Positions 1 through 10,454 of a DNA stretch of 26,796 bases are shown here, one piece after another (the stretch's first letter is position 1; each line of letters begins with the position of its first letter). Origin of the DNA: Chlamydiota bacterium (GTDB lineage: Bacteria > Auribacterota > Tritonobacteria > UBA1439). The stretch is from contig JBAXOY010000035.1 of the NCBI GenBank assembly GCA_037133055.1, forward strand, positions 1-26,796. The letters are read 5' to 3'. The notes below the pieces were generated by a model that made no database searches, was not told the DNA's origin, and was given only the letters and a program-made list of their open reading frames with translations. The translations under genes and the position numbers were made by a program.

Positions 1-723
1 GCGGACGAACGGGCGGGGCTTATGGCGGAGATCGTGCGGCGCATGCCCCCGGAGGACGCGGCCGCGGCCTGGGGCGCCATGCTCGCCGACGGGAACTCGG
101 AACTCCGGGAGGTGCTCGTCGAAACGGGGAGGCGCGAGGCGACGGTGGTCGCCGACCTGCTGCGGCGCCAGATGGCGGGGGGCAGGCCCGAGATCATCGC
201 GCAGTCGGTGGACATCCTGCGCACGCTCCCCGAGGAGCTCTCGGCGCCGATCCTGATGGACCTCTGCCGCCACGGGGACGCCCGGATCCGGCTCAGGGCG
301 GTGTCGGTCCTCGGGAAGTCGGGCGCGGCCCACGCCATCCCGTTCCTCCAGATCCTCGTGAACGACAGCGACTGCGAGGTGCGGCGGACCGCGATCCCCC
401 TTCTCGGGCACTGCGGGGGGGGGGACGCGGCCGGGACGCTCCTCGAGATCGTCGCCGATCAGCAGGGGGTCTGGGGGGGCGAGGAGCGCGCGCTTGCCTG
501 CCGGGCGCTCGCGAAGTGCGGGGGACGGGCCGCGGTGCCCGCCCTTGCCGCCGTCCTCCGGAAGGCGGGCAGCGGGGGGCGAGAGAAGGACGCGCAGATG
601 CTCCGCTCTTCCGCGCGCTTCGCCCTGGAGAGCATCGGGGGAGCCGAGGCGCAGGAAGCGCTCCGGGAAGACGCCCCGGCGGCGGGTCGATCTATGTTTC
701 ACCGCCTCTTCGGGAAGGAGTGA
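1..723 (+). CDS. HEAT/PBS-lyase repeat protein (5'-truncated by window edge)
   Basis: Frame is open from base 1. Repeated HEAT-like units: 'DARIRLRAVSVLGKSG', 'DSDCEVRRTAIPLLGHCG', 'ERALACRALAKCG', 'LRSSARFALESIGG'. Confidence 0.8.
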   Translation, partial: ADERAGLMAEIVRRMPPEDAAAAWGAMLADGNSELREVLVETGRREATVVADLLRRQMAGGRPEIIAQSVDILRTLPEELSAPILMDLCRHGDARIRLRAVSVLGKSGAAHAIPFLQILVNDSDCEVRRTAIPLLGHCGGGDAAGTLLEIVADQQGVWGGEERALACRALAKCGGRAAVPALAAVLRKAGSGGREKDAQMLRSSARFALESIGGAEAQEALREDAPAAGRSMFHRLFGKE

Positions 724-760
724 AAGCCCCATGGAATCCCCGCGCGCGAAACGGGAGGAT

Positions 761-2128
761 ATGACGGCGGAGCTGCTGTCGGTCCTCGACAAGATCGAGC
801 TCATCGTCAAGCAGATGGTGACCGCCGGGAGCCAGGCGTTCCTCTACTCCGGAGAGCATCCGGCGGTGCGCGAGTACGTCGAGCGGGCCTACGCGACCAT
901 GCAGGAGATCCTCCTCCGCAAGGAGTCGTTCGCCATCAGCACGCGCGAGGGGATGTTGGTCTACGAGAACATCCCCCTGTACCGCCTGAGCATGAGCGCG
1001 CGGAAGTTCATCGACTACCTGGAGGCGAAGAATGTCCACGGGATGATCGTCGCGCGCGGACTCGCCTTCGAGGAGCTTTTGAAGTTCGTCGCGGTCCTGG
1101 TGTCGCCCGCAGTGCGGGTGCGGGGGCGAGAGGAGTTCAACAAGGAGCTCGAGCGCCGCGGGGTGCGGGCCATCACGGTCATGGAGCTCAAGAAAGAGGA
1201 TGAAAAGGTGTGGTCCGCCCGCGAGCCAAAGGTCGTCTACGGGGAGGCGGTGCGGCTCATGCGGGCGTTCGCGCACGCGGCGATCAAGGAGAAAAAGCTC
1301 CCGTTCAACGAGTCGGATGTCCTTGTGAGCGAGATCGCCGAGGCCGCGGCGAAGGACCCGCGGGCGATGCTCGATCTCGCCTCGATCCGGGACTTCGACG
1401 AGCACGCGTTCACGCATGCGGCGAACGTCTGCGTGCTCTCCACCGCCTTCGCCGCGCTCTTCGGGGAGGACCGCGCGCGCCTCGCGCCCGTCTGCCAGGC
1501 GGCGCTGCTCCACGACATCGGGAAGCTGTCGCTGCCGCCCGAGATCCTCCTCACGCAGGGCGAGCCGGACGCGGCGGAGGCCGAGCTCCTGCGGCGGCAC
1601 CCGATCGCGGGCGCGCGGGCGCTCGAAGAGGCCGACGGGGCGAGGCCGCTCGCGGCGGCCGTGGCGTTCGAGCACCACATGCAGTACGACCTCAAGGGCT
1701 ACCCGAAGCCGGGGGCCGACGACCGCCCCCACCCGGTGAGCCTGCTCGTGCAAATTGCCGACGCGTACGACAATCTCACCGCGCCGCGCCCCGGCCGCGC
1801 GCCCCTCTCCCGGGTCCGCGCCCTGGAGGAGATCGCTGCGGGCGCGGGCGCCGTGTTCGATCCGGCGATCGTCAAGGGGTTCCTCGCGATGATGGGTTTC
1901 TACGTCGCGGGCGCGCTCGTGGAGCTCGACGCCGGGGAGGTCGCGGTCGTCGAGGCGATGCACGGGGACGACCCGTCGCGGCCTGCGGTGAAGGTCCTTC
2001 GCGGCGGAGAGCCCGGGGCCCGCATCGACCTCAGGGAAAAGGGCGCCGCAGGCGGTTATCGGAAGACAATCCTGCGTCCCCTCGGTCGCGAGGGAGCCTC
2101 GAAAGCTGCGCGAGCGGAAACGGAATAG
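761..2128 (+). CDS. HD-GYP domain cyclic-dinucleotide phosphodiesterase with uncharacterised N-terminal domain
   Basis: GGAGG at 754-758 before ATG 761 (alternative ATG 731). Motifs HAANV, LLHDIGK, HP..GA..L, EHH....GYP and IADAYD are all present. Confidence 0.88.
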   Translation: MTAELLSVLDKIELIVKQMVTAGSQAFLYSGEHPAVREYVERAYATMQEILLRKESFAISTREGMLVYENIPLYRLSMSARKFIDYLEAKNVHGMIVARGLAFEELLKFVAVLVSPAVRVRGREEFNKELERRGVRAITVMELKKEDEKVWSAREPKVVYGEAVRLMRAFAHAAIKEKKLPFNESDVLVSEIAEAAAKDPRAMLDLASIRDFDEHAFTHAANVCVLSTAFAALFGEDRARLAPVCQAALLHDIGKLSLPPEILLTQGEPDAAEAELLRRHPIAGARALEEADGARPLAAAVAFEHHMQYDLKGYPKPGADDRPHPVSLLVQIADAYDNLTAPRPGRAPLSRVRALEEIAAGAGAVFDPAIVKGFLAMMGFYVAGALVELDAGEVAVVEAMHGDDPSRPAVKVLRGGEPGARIDLREKGAAGGYRKTILRPLGREGASKAARAETE

Positions 2129-2183
2129 CCTGCGGCGGAGCCTGTTGCGCGCGAGATAGAATGCGCCCCCCGCGTTCGGGGTA

Positions 2184-2212
2184 TTGCCGCGGGGCAGGGA
2201 GGATGCTATCAT
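2184..2212 (+). promoter_or_regulatory. Putative sigma70 promoter for second HEAT gene
   Basis: TTGCCG (2184-2189), 17 bp spacer, TATCAT (2207-2212) with TGn extension. Confidence 0.5.
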
Positions 2213-2272
2213 GCCCCGGCTCGCATCGCCGCGTGCGGGCGCGACGGTCTGTCCCGCGGCACGGAGGGTGCG

Positions 2273-3907
2273 ATGGATGCGATCACCAGGAAACTCTGCG
2301 CGCTACTCGATCGCGATGACGTGGAACTCCAGTGCTCCGCGGCGCGCGTGCTCGGGGAGCTCGGCTCGGCGGGCGGGGAGGTGAGGCTCTGCCTGGCAAA
2401 GCATCTCGCCACCCAGAATCTCACCCTCAAGCACTACCTCCTCTCCGCGCTCGAGCGGGTTCCCGGCCGCGAGGCGCTGCCCTACCTGTTCCCGATTCTC
2501 AAGGAGGGGGGCAAGGTGCAGGAGCGGGTGATCGCGATCATCGCCTCGTGCGGGCCCGCGGCCGTCGCGGCGGGGCGCACGCTGTTCGCGTCCGCGGATG
2601 AGGAGCTCAGGAAACTCCTCGTCAGAATATTCGGGGCGCTGGGGACGGACGAGGGTTGCGGGTTCCTCGTCGGCTGCATCCCTGACGCGGGGCCCGAGCT
2701 CCGGAGGAGCATCTGCCTGGCCCTCCGCGAGGCGATGGGGAAGATGCCCGCGGGGGGGAGAAAACTGCTGATCAGGAAGATAGACGCGCTCCTCGCCTCC
2801 CCCCGCGCCAGGGCGTCGGCCGAGGTCGCCGCGGCGGGGATCATGCTGCTCGGCTGCGCGGCGGACCCGTCGGAGATCGGGAAGCTGCTCCTCGCGGCGG
2901 CGGCGGACCAGCCGGTTCCGGTGCGGGAGCAGGCGCTCCTCGCGCTCGCGAGGATCGACATCCCCGGGAACCGCGCGCGGGCGGTCACCGCGGCGCTGCT
3001 CCCCGCGCTCGGGGAGGCCGACTACGCGAACGTGGTCCGCCACGCCCTCGCGGTGCTTCAGCGGGTCGGCCTTCCCGGCGCGATGGCCGCCCGGCTCGAC
3101 GGGCAGCTCAGCGGCGCGCACCCGGCGGTGCGTAGCTTCATCCTCTCGCGGATGAGCGCGGTCGGATCGAGGGAGAACATCGCGCGGCTGCTCGTCCACC
3201 TGAACTCGGGCGGCTTCGACGAGCGTCGCGCGGCGCAGGAGGCGCTGGCGAAGATCGCCGGCGCCGCGCCGCAGATCCTGAAGGAGCTCGACGCGGCGAA
3301 GGACTACGAGGCGGGGATGAGACTCGTGAGCATCCTCAGGGCGCTGGGGGCGAAGCCGGGCGCCGTGGAGAAGGGCCGCCTGTTCGAGCGCATGGAGAAG
3401 CTGCGCGCGGCCGGGGACGAACGTTCCGCGGTCTACGCGGCGGCGCTCACGGTGACCGATCCGGCATTCCTCGCCGCGAAGGCGCTCGGCGTCGTCAATC
3501 GGCTGAAGCGCGCGAAGGCGTTCGCCGATGCCGACGCATTCTTCGGCGTGCTCGCGCGCCACGCGCCGCTCACCGACGAGCTCAAGTTCGAGCGCGCCGT
3601 GGTGAAGCTCAGGCGCGGGCTCCCGGACCTCGCCTCGCCCCAGCGCGACGACTCCGAGGCGCTCCGCCTCATCGCGGAGCTCGCCCGCGCGAACGAGTTT
3701 CCGCTCCTGAAGCGGCTGAAGTCCGAAAAGGCCCTCGGCCCGGAGGAGCTCTACCACGTCGGCTTTCACTTCGCGGAGAAGCTCTTTGCGCAGCGGGAGT
3801 TCGGCGTCGCCCTGCTCGCCACCATCGCGAAGAAATCGGCCCGGAGCAGGATCGGCCTTGCCGCGAAACGCAAGCTCGAGCTCGTCGGCGCCCTGGCCAA
3901 AAAGTAG
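2273..3907 (+). CDS. HEAT/ARM repeat protein, 544 aa
   Basis: GGAGG RBS before ATG. HEAT-like units 'DDVELQCSAARVLGELG', 'VPVREQALLALARI', 'DERRAAQEALAKI'. Composition suggests an all-helical protein. Confidence 0.8.
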   Translation: MDAITRKLCALLDRDDVELQCSAARVLGELGSAGGEVRLCLAKHLATQNLTLKHYLLSALERVPGREALPYLFPILKEGGKVQERVIAIIASCGPAAVAAGRTLFASADEELRKLLVRIFGALGTDEGCGFLVGCIPDAGPELRRSICLALREAMGKMPAGGRKLLIRKIDALLASPRARASAEVAAAGIMLLGCAADPSEIGKLLLAAAADQPVPVREQALLALARIDIPGNRARAVTAALLPALGEADYANVVRHALAVLQRVGLPGAMAARLDGQLSGAHPAVRSFILSRMSAVGSRENIARLLVHLNSGGFDERRAAQEALAKIAGAAPQILKELDAAKDYEAGMRLVSILRALGAKPGAVEKGRLFERMEKLRAAGDERSAVYAAALTVTDPAFLAAKALGVVNRLKRAKAFADADAFFGVLARHAPLTDELKFERAVVKLRRGLPDLASPQRDDSEALRLIAELARANEFPLLKRLKSEKALGPEELYHVGFHFAEKLFAQREFGVALLATIAKKSARSRIGLAAKRKLELVGALAKK

Positions 3908-3996
3908 CCGTGTGGGCGTTAGGCGTATCCGCATGACCGGGAAGCGGTGCGGACTGCGCGCGCACACACTTCTCGCCGCGGCGGGCCAAAAAGTGG

Positions 3997-4024
3997 TGGA
4001 CACCGTCGGCGGGTTCGCTATACT
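3997..4024 (+). promoter_or_regulatory. Putative sigma70 promoter
   Basis: TGGACA (3997-4002), 16 bp spacer, TATACT (4019-4024), upstream of the 4107 ORF. Confidence 0.4.
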
Positions 4025-4106
4025 GTACACCGCACGAACCGTGGACACCGCGCGTACGGCGGCGTGCGGATTTGACAATGACCGGGATTTGAAAGGAGGG
4101 GGAGAG

Positions 4107-4325
4107 ATGAACGGCAGACTGGTGATTATCTTCGCGGCCCTGCTCACGGTGGCGCTCTTCTGCGGCTGCGTAGGGTATTTCCATTATCATCCCATCAAGA
4201 GCACCGAAGAGGAGACGGCCGGGCCCGCGGGAGGCAAGTTGTTCACGAACGAGACGTCTATGGGAGCCCCCGTGACGCCGGCGATTTCCGCGGCGCCGGT
4301 TTCCGAGGAATCCCTCATCAAGTAA
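4107..4325 (+). CDS. Small putative lipoprotein/membrane-anchored protein (72 aa)
   Basis: Strong AAAGGAGG RBS. MNGR + hydrophobic stretch + LFCGC lipobox-like motif. Confidence 0.6.
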   Translation: MNGRLVIIFAALLTVALFCGCVGYFHYHPIKSTEEETAGPAGGKLFTNETSMGAPVTPAISAAPVSEESLIK

Positions 4326-4432
4326 ACGGCGCGCGCCTCGATGATCGAGCGAGCGCGGCCCCGGTTGGACGGGGGCTCGCTCGCTCGCGTGTGTCGGCGC
4401 GCGTCGCCGCGTCCGAAAAGGAGGGCCTGGCA

Positions 4433-4642
4433 ATGGCGGAGGTCACGGTCGGCGATCTCGTGAGCTGGACGGCGGGGCAGAAGACCAAGGTGGGCGTCGT
4501 GCGGGTGGTGAATGCGGACGGGTCGTGCACCGTCGACCTCTCCACCACGGCCGGGAGATTCGAGGAGCGGATCGGCGCCGCGCGGCTGGTGCGCCTCACC
4601 TCGACGGTCGAGCCCGCGCAGAAGTCCCCCGCGCAGGAATAG
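4433..4642 (+). CDS. Small SH3/KOW-like beta-barrel hypothetical protein (69 aa)
   Basis: AAAAGGAGG RBS. 'VTVGDLVSW...KVGVVRVV...TVDL' pattern is typical of SH3/KOW/Tudor-like folds. Confidence 0.55.
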   Translation: MAEVTVGDLVSWTAGQKTKVGVVRVVNADGSCTVDLSTTAGRFEERIGAARLVRLTSTVEPAQKSPAQE

Positions 4643-4644
4643 GA

Positions 4645-6012
4645 CTACTCGCTGACCGCGACCGTGCCCGCGCTGTAGAGGAGCTTGTTCTGCTCCTGGT
4701 GCTCGCGCTCGTACAGATAGTTCACCATCATCCCGTACGACTCACGCATCCCGCGCCCGGAAACATTGGCCAGGTAGTTGATGCTGCCGATCGAGGCCCC
4801 GTTCGAGAGGTGGAAGTTCGCCACGGGGTCGTACGCGTTCGCGAGGCGCTCCCCCTTCCCGCGGCCGGGCCGCTTCTCGCGCGTGAGGTAGTAGCGCGCC
4901 AGCGCGGTCAGCGGGCGCTGCAGCGCCCCGCGGAGCGCGGGGTTCTCGTGCCAGTCCTTTACCCCGAGCGCCTTCCCGAGCAGCGCCGAGACCGGGAGCG
5001 CCCGGGCGTCCTTCTCCCCCCCCGCCGAGAGCTCCCCGGCGATCGCCCGCGCCTCGTCCGGGGAGACGAACCTCTCGTGCTTGTTGGCGTCGACCTTCGG
5101 GGCTGTGAGCAGGAACGGCTGCTCGCCGCCGCGGAGGACCCGGTCCAGGTAGTCCCGGAACCGCGGGACGGGGCTCAGCGTGGCGAAATGGTGGATCCGG
5201 GGGTACTGCTGCTCGATGTAGTCGCGCGCCCGGGTGATCATCTTCGCCCCGAGGGCGATCCCGTCGAGGCCGCTGAGCGTGGTGTTGACCGAGTAGAAGA
5301 TCGCCGTGTCCGCCCGTCTCAGGTCGGGCGGGCGGCGCTTGTCCCCGATGATCCTCGAGATCTTCCGGATGAGCCCCTTCGCGAGGGCCACCTCGATGTA
5401 CACGAGCGGCGTGTACGGCATCTTGAAGTGCTCGAGGGTGATGATGATCCGGTCCGGGCTGTTCAGACGGTTCTCGAAGTTCCACCAGTTCTCCGCGGGG
5501 TGGACCCCCTCCTTCTCCGAGATGAACTTGAGCAGCGCGATCGAGGTGTTCTGGGCGTTGCAGAGACGCGTCACCAGGTACTGGAAGTTGAAGATCCGCA
5601 TGAAATGGTCGCTGAAAAATTCGGCCAGCGCGCGCAACGGCGGGAGGATCGCGGGGGACGGCTTGGCCGCGGAGAGTTTCTTGATCGACGCGTCCAGGTC
5701 GGCGCGGAGGGTGATGAGCCACTCGGGGGTGTCCATGGCGGCGTAGATCTGGTTGAGGATGAAGTCGACCTTCTCGTGGTCGAGCGAGGAGAGTATCGCG
5801 AAGAATGCCTCGCGGTGATCCTCGCCCCCGTTGTAGACCTCGGTGATGACCCGGAGGGATCCGGGGTGGATGTTCCGGTCGGTCGCGAAGAGGGCGAGCG
5901 CCTCCTCCACGGCGCGGGCGTCCGTGACCACCAGCTTGCGGAAGGCGCGCGAGATCGCCTCCGCGATCTTCTGCCTGACCTCGGTGAATCCGGAGCGGTG
6001 TAGGTTCGCCAT
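4645..6012 (-). CDS. mcd: Malonyl-CoA decarboxylase family protein
   Basis: Motifs EGVHP, AIFYSVN...L.GI.LG, FATLSPVPRF, DPVANFHLSNGA and SYGMMVNYLY. GGAGGAG RBS. Confidence 0.9.
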   Translation of the reverse strand: MANLHRSGFTEVRQKIAEAISRAFRKLVVTDARAVEEALALFATDRNIHPGSLRVITEVYNGGEDHREAFFAILSSLDHEKVDFILNQIYAAMDTPEWLITLRADLDASIKKLSAAKPSPAILPPLRALAEFFSDHFMRIFNFQYLVTRLCNAQNTSIALLKFISEKEGVHPAENWWNFENRLNSPDRIIITLEHFKMPYTPLVYIEVALAKGLIRKISRIIGDKRRPPDLRRADTAIFYSVNTTLSGLDGIALGAKMITRARDYIEQQYPRIHHFATLSPVPRFRDYLDRVLRGGEQPFLLTAPKVDANKHERFVSPDEARAIAGELSAGGEKDARALPVSALLGKALGVKDWHENPALRGALQRPLTALARYYLTREKRPGRGKGERLANAYDPVANFHLSNGASIGSINYLANVSGRGMRESYGMMVNYLYEREHQEQNKLLYSAGTVAVSE

Positions 6013-6035
6013 GGGGTCTCCTCCGCGTTTGATGT

Positions 6036-7673
6036 TCAGAGCTCCTCGGCCTCGAGGAACCCCCGGAGCTTGCGGCTGCGGGTCGGGTGGCGCATCTTGC
6101 GGAGCGCCTTCGCCTCGATCTGGCGGACGCGCTCGCGCGTAACGCTGAAGACCCTCCCAACCTCCTCGAGCGTCCGGGGCGAGCCGTCCCCGATGCCGAA
6201 GCGCAGGGTGAGCACCCGCTGCTCGCGCGGGGTCAGCGTCTTCAGGACGCCCTCGATCTGCTCCTTGAGGAGCGCGTAGCCGGTCGCCATCGCGGGCGAC
6301 TCGGCGCCCTTGTCCTCGATGAAATCGCCGAAGTGGCTGTCGTTGCTGTCGCCGATCGGAGTCTGAAGCGAGATCGGGTGCTGGGCGATCTTCATGATGC
6401 CGCGCACCTTTTCCACGGGGAGCTCCATCTCCTCGGCGATCTCGTCGGGGGAGGGCTCCTTGCCGTACTCCTGCACCAGCTTCTTCGAGGCGCGGACCAG
6501 CTTGTTGATGGTCTCAATCATGTGGACCGGGATGCGGATCGTCCGGGCCTGGTCCGCGATGGAGCGCGTGATCGCCTGGCGTATCCACCAGGTGGCGTAG
6601 GTGGAGAACTTGTACCCGCGGCGGTACTCGAACTTGTCCACCGCCTTCATCAGTCCCATGTTCCCCTCCTGGATGAGGTCCAGGAACGAGAGCCCCCGGT
6701 TGGTGTATTTCTTGGCGATGGAGATTACGAGGCGGAGGTTCGCCTCGACCATCTCGCTCTTGGCGCCGTGGCCCCGCCGGGCCGCGTCCCGGAGGTTCTC
6801 CAACTGCTTTTTCATCTCGTGGAGCGGCACGCACGCGTCCCGCTCCATCGCGAGGAGGTCGCGCTGGATCTTGGCGATGCGCCGCCGGGCGGTCATCGCG
6901 CGGCTTTTGCTCAGGCGCTCCTTTTCGCGCTCCAGCTCCGAGGCCCTCCGGACTTTCGGCTCGAGCTTTTCGATGAACTCCTCGATCGCGTTCTGCTTGA
7001 AGTGGAGCTTCCTGACGAGCCCGACCATCGCCTCCTGGAGCTTCAGGTAGTCGCGATCGAGACGGATCCGGGTCTTTGTGCCCGGCTTCGCCTTGCGGAT
7101 CTGCTGGTACTTCTGCGCCATCTCCTGGGCGACCTTCTCGAGCTGCGGCCGGATCTTCTTCTCGTCGATGATGTAGGTGTCGCGGTTCTTGACCTTTTTG
7201 TCCTGGATTACCCGGTCGAAGCGCTCCCGCCCCGCGCAGACCCGCTCCGCGAGGTCCAGGGCGAGGCGTGGGGTGTAGCCGATCGAGAAGATGATCTCCT
7301 TGATCTGGGTCTCCGACTTCTCGATTCTCTTCGAGATCTCGACCTCCTGCTCGCGGGTGAGGAGCGGCACCTGCCCCATTTGCTTCAGGTACATCCGGAC
7401 CGGGTCGTCGATGAACTCGAGCTTCGCGGGGCGCTCCTTCTTCGCCGCCCTGGCCGCCGGGGCGGCATCGGCCTGCTTCCGGGCGACATCCTTGTCGTCG
7501 ACGACGTCGACGTCCATCTGCCGCAGCAGCATGATGATCGAGTCGATCTCCTCCGCGGAGATGACGCTGGCCGGAAGGACATCGTTGATGCGCGCGTAGG
7601 TGAGGACCCCCCCCTGCGCGTTCGCGATCCGGAGCAGCTCCTTGATCTTCTGGTCCTTTTCCGCATTTACCAT
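6036..7673 (-). CDS. rpoD: RNA polymerase primary sigma factor sigma70
   Basis: Region 1.2 DDPVRMYL, region 2 [14 protein letters not shown]...[15 protein letters not shown], region 4 [23 protein letters not shown]. Confidence 0.98.
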   Translation of the reverse strand: MVNAEKDQKIKELLRIANAQGGVLTYARINDVLPASVISAEEIDSIIMLLRQMDVDVVDDKDVARKQADAAPAARAAKKERPAKLEFIDDPVRMYLKQMGQVPLLTREQEVEISKRIEKSETQIKEIIFSIGYTPRLALDLAERVCAGRERFDRVIQDKKVKNRDTYIIDEKKIRPQLEKVAQEMAQKYQQIRKAKPGTKTRIRLDRDYLKLQEAMVGLVRKLHFKQNAIEEFIEKLEPKVRRASELEREKERLSKSRAMTARRRIAKIQRDLLAMERDACVPLHEMKKQLENLRDAARRGHGAKSEMVEANLRLVISIAKKYTNRGLSFLDLIQEGNMGLMKAVDKFEYRRGYKFSTYATWWIRQAITRSIADQARTIRIPVHMIETINKLVRASKKLVQEYGKEPSPDEIAEEMELPVEKVRGIMKIAQHPISLQTPIGDSNDSHFGDFIEDKGAESPAMATGYALLKEQIEGVLKTLTPREQRVLTLRFGIGDGSPRTLEEVGRVFSVTRERVRQIEAKALRKMRHPTRSRKLRGFLEAEEL

Positions 7674-7704
7674 GGTGTGCGCTCTTTCCCGAGGCAGTGC
7701 CCCG

Positions 7705-9477
7705 TCAGGAAACTTTCAGCAGGTCCGCCTTATTGCGCATGAGGAGTTTCTGCATTTCGAGGATCTCGCCGGCGCGCGCGCCCGCCTTTTCCCGGCGGGC
7801 GATCTCGCGGGTGATCTTCCCGATCTCGTCCTTCAGGTCGCGGCGCTTGAGGTAGCGGATGCAATCCCGCGCGACCTGGGCGCGGTCTCCCCCCGGCTCC
7901 TCCTCCGCGGCGAGCGTACTCAGGACCGCCGCCGCGCGGTCGTCCGCGAGCGAGGCGAGGAGCCGCGCGCGGCCGCCCCAGCGGTTTTCGCGGAGCATCG
8001 CGAAGGCCCTCTCCGCGATGCTCCGGAGGTCCGCGTCGCGGAATTCCTCCGGCGTCAGCTCCTCCGCCGCGATCTTCAGGATTGCCGCGTCCTCGATCAT
8101 CAGCCGCACGATCTCGTGCTCCCCCGCCGGCAGGCGCGCCGCCGGGGTGCGCGGGGCGGCCGTCTCGCCCCGGGGGACCTGGGCCTTCCGCCGGCCCTTC
8201 TTTTGTATCTCCTCGATGATGTACTCCTGCGGGACGTCGAGCCGCTCCGAGAGCTTCTTCCGGTACGCCTCCCTCAAGACCCCGTCGTCGACGCGCGCGA
8301 GCGCGTCCAAAAACTCCGAGGCGACGCGGGCCTTCCCGACCTCGCGCCGGAGGTCGTGGCGCCGGCAGAGGTCATCGAGAAGGAAGTCGAAGTAATCCGC
8401 CGCGCCCGCGACGAGCGCGCGGAACGCATCGCCGCCCTTCTCCCTGACGAACGTGTCCGGGTCGTGCCCCTCCGGCAGCACAAGCACCCGCACCCTGAGC
8501 CCCTCGACGAGGAGCGCGTCGAGGCTCCGGAGGGCGGCGCCCTGCCCCGCCGTGTCGGCGTCGAAGCTCATCACCATCTCGGGCGCGAAGCGCCTGAGGA
8601 TGCGCGCGTGGTCCGCGGTGAAGGCGGTGCCCTGCGACGCGACGACGTTCCTGATCCCGGCGGCGAAGAGGGCGAGGAGGTCGAAGTACCCCTCGACCAC
8701 GATCGCGCAGCCCGCGTCCACGATGGCCCTCTTCGCGAGGTGGATCCCGTAGAGGCTGCGCGCCTTGCTGAAGAGCGCCGACTCCGGGGAGTTCATGTAC
8801 TTGGGCGTTCCGTCGTCGAGGACGCGGCCGCTGAACGCGATCACGCGCCCGCCGGCGTCCCTGATCGGGATCATGAGGCGGTTGCGGAACCGGTCGAAGA
8901 TCTTCTGCCCCCCCTCCTTGCGCATCACCAGGCCGAGGCCGATGAGCGACTCGTCGGAGTGGCCCCTGGCGCGGGCCGCCCGGAGGAGCGCTTCCCACGC
9001 GTCGGGGGCGTACCCGAGCGAGAACTCCGTGACGAGGTCGTCGGTCATCCCCCGCTTCCGCAGGTAGCCGAGGACCCTTTCCCCGGCTGCGGTCTTCCAG
9101 AGCTGCTGCGCGAACCACGACGCGGCGAAATCGTTGCTGCGGTAGAGCGCCTCCTTCCCCTCTCCCTCGCCCGCCTCGCGGCGACTCGTCTCGGGGACGG
9201 CGATCCCCGATTTCCGGGCGAGGATCCTGACCGCCTCCGGGAAGCTCACGCGCTCGTACTGCATCACGAAGTTGACCGCCCCGCCGCCGGCCCCGCAGCC
9301 GAAGCAGTGCCAGATCTGCTTCTCCGGGTTGACGAAAAACGACGGGGTCTTCTCGCTGTGGAACGGGCAGCAGGCCTTGAAGCTCCTCCCCGCGCGGTGT
9401 ACGGGGATGTAGGAGGAGACGACCTCGACGACGTCGTTCGCCGCCTGGACCTCTTCGATGATGTGCTGCGGTATCAT
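7705..9477 (-). CDS. dnaG: DNA primase
   Basis: Start [10 protein letters not shown] at 9477, with ATGA overlap on the nif3 stop. CHC2 zinc finger [11 protein letters not shown]...[34 protein letters not shown] and FDADTAG. Confidence 0.97.
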   Translation of the reverse strand: MIPQHIIEEVQAANDVVEVVSSYIPVHRAGRSFKACCPFHSEKTPSFFVNPEKQIWHCFGCGAGGGAVNFVMQYERVSFPEAVRILARKSGIAVPETSRREAGEGEGKEALYRSNDFAASWFAQQLWKTAAGERVLGYLRKRGMTDDLVTEFSLGYAPDAWEALLRAARARGHSDESLIGLGLVMRKEGGQKIFDRFRNRLMIPIRDAGGRVIAFSGRVLDDGTPKYMNSPESALFSKARSLYGIHLAKRAIVDAGCAIVVEGYFDLLALFAAGIRNVVASQGTAFTADHARILRRFAPEMVMSFDADTAGQGAALRSLDALLVEGLRVRVLVLPEGHDPDTFVREKGGDAFRALVAGAADYFDFLLDDLCRRHDLRREVGKARVASEFLDALARVDDGVLREAYRKKLSERLDVPQEYIIEEIQKKGRRKAQVPRGETAAPRTPAARLPAGEHEIVRLMIEDAAILKIAAEELTPEEFRDADLRSIAERAFAMLRENRWGGRARLLASLADDRAAAVLSTLAAEEEPGGDRAQVARDCIRYLKRRDLKDEIGKITREIARREKAGARAGEILEMQKLLMRNKADLLKVS

Positions 9478-10454
9478 TCCCCCCGCCCCTCGCCGCGGCC
9501 CGCCCGCGCCACCCTCGTGAATCCCGCGCAGGGGATGATCTCGATCTTCTCCCCGCCGCACACGGCGTCGAGCAGGAGGTTCAGGCCGAGGTTGTCGCTC
9601 GCCATGTGCCCCGCGACGACCACGATCAGGTTCTGCTTCTTCGCCTCCTCGAGGTGCTTCTCGCTCAGGTGCATGCAGACGAGCGTCCCCACCCCCGCCT
9701 GGGCGAGCTTCTCGAGCAGCTTGACGGAGCCCTCGGTGCCCCCGGTCATGTCGACGAAGATCCTGCCGGCGTGCCGGCCCTCCTTGCCCGCGATGATCTT
9801 CGGGGGCGCGTTGTTCGCGATGGAGGTCCGGTACTCGGGGATGTCCGCGATGAGGTCCACGATGTCCCCGGCGCGCGCGGGCTTCTTCCGGTCGAAGAGC
9901 CGCTGCAGATAGGTGGCGGCGCAGTTGTCGGCGGGCGTGTGCATGCACGCGAGCGGGATGCCGAGGAGCCTCGCGGCGTCGACCGCGCGGGTGTGGTTGA
10001 CGGGCATCACCCGGTGCTCGACCTCTCCCATCCGCTCCTCGAGGAGCGCCTCGGCGATGGTGATGGGGACGCCGAGCCGGCTCACGATCTCGGCCTGCAT
10101 CCCCATGACGTTGTAGAAGCCGGCGTACGCCCTCCCGACCGGGTGGTGGGCCACCACGAGGTCCACTCTTTTCCCCCGCTCGCGCAACCGGTCGGCGAGG
10201 ACGATCTCGCCGACCTCGATGTCCACGCCGATCATGAGCCCGCGGACCTCGGTCGACGGATCGCCGTTCAGGATGCGCGTGTCGGCGTACGGGTTCTCGA
10301 GGCGCTCCCGGTCGAAGCCGCGCTGTGTCCGCTTCGACATCTCCGCGTAGGATTTTCCGAGGGACTTCATCTCCTCGCGGACGCTCGCCGGGCCGCGGGG
10401 GTCGCGCTTCGTCCCCTCGGCGATCGCGCGCTCGAACAGCGTGATGAGTTTCAT
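9474..10454 (-). CDS. NIF3/NGG1p-interacting factor family dinuclear metal protein
   Basis: Start MKLITLF at 10454, with ATGA overlap on the cvpA stop. Metal motifs HHP, HTPADN and GHMASD; NPYADTRIL. Confidence 0.85.
   Translation of the reverse strand: MKLITLFERAIAEGTKRDPRGPASVREEMKSLGKSYAEMSKRTQRGFDRERLENPYADTRILNGDPSTEVRGLMIGVDIEVGEIVLADRLRERGKRVDLVVAHHPVGRAYAGFYNVMGMQAEIVSRLGVPITIAEALLEERMGEVEHRVMPVNHTRAVDAARLLGIPLACMHTPADNCAATYLQRLFDRKKPARAGDIVDLIADIPEYRTSIANNAPPKIIAGKEGRHAGRIFVDMTGGTEGSVKLLEKLAQAGVGTLVCMHLSEKHLEEAKKQNLIVVVAGHMASDNLGLNLLLDAVCGGEKIEIIPCAGFTRVARAGRGEGRGE

Noticed and set aside
3908..3970. Hairpin with CCGGGAAG loop considered as SRP RNA or 6S RNA
   Set aside because: Lacks the SRP CAGG...GGAA...AGCAG internal-loop motif and is too short for 6S.
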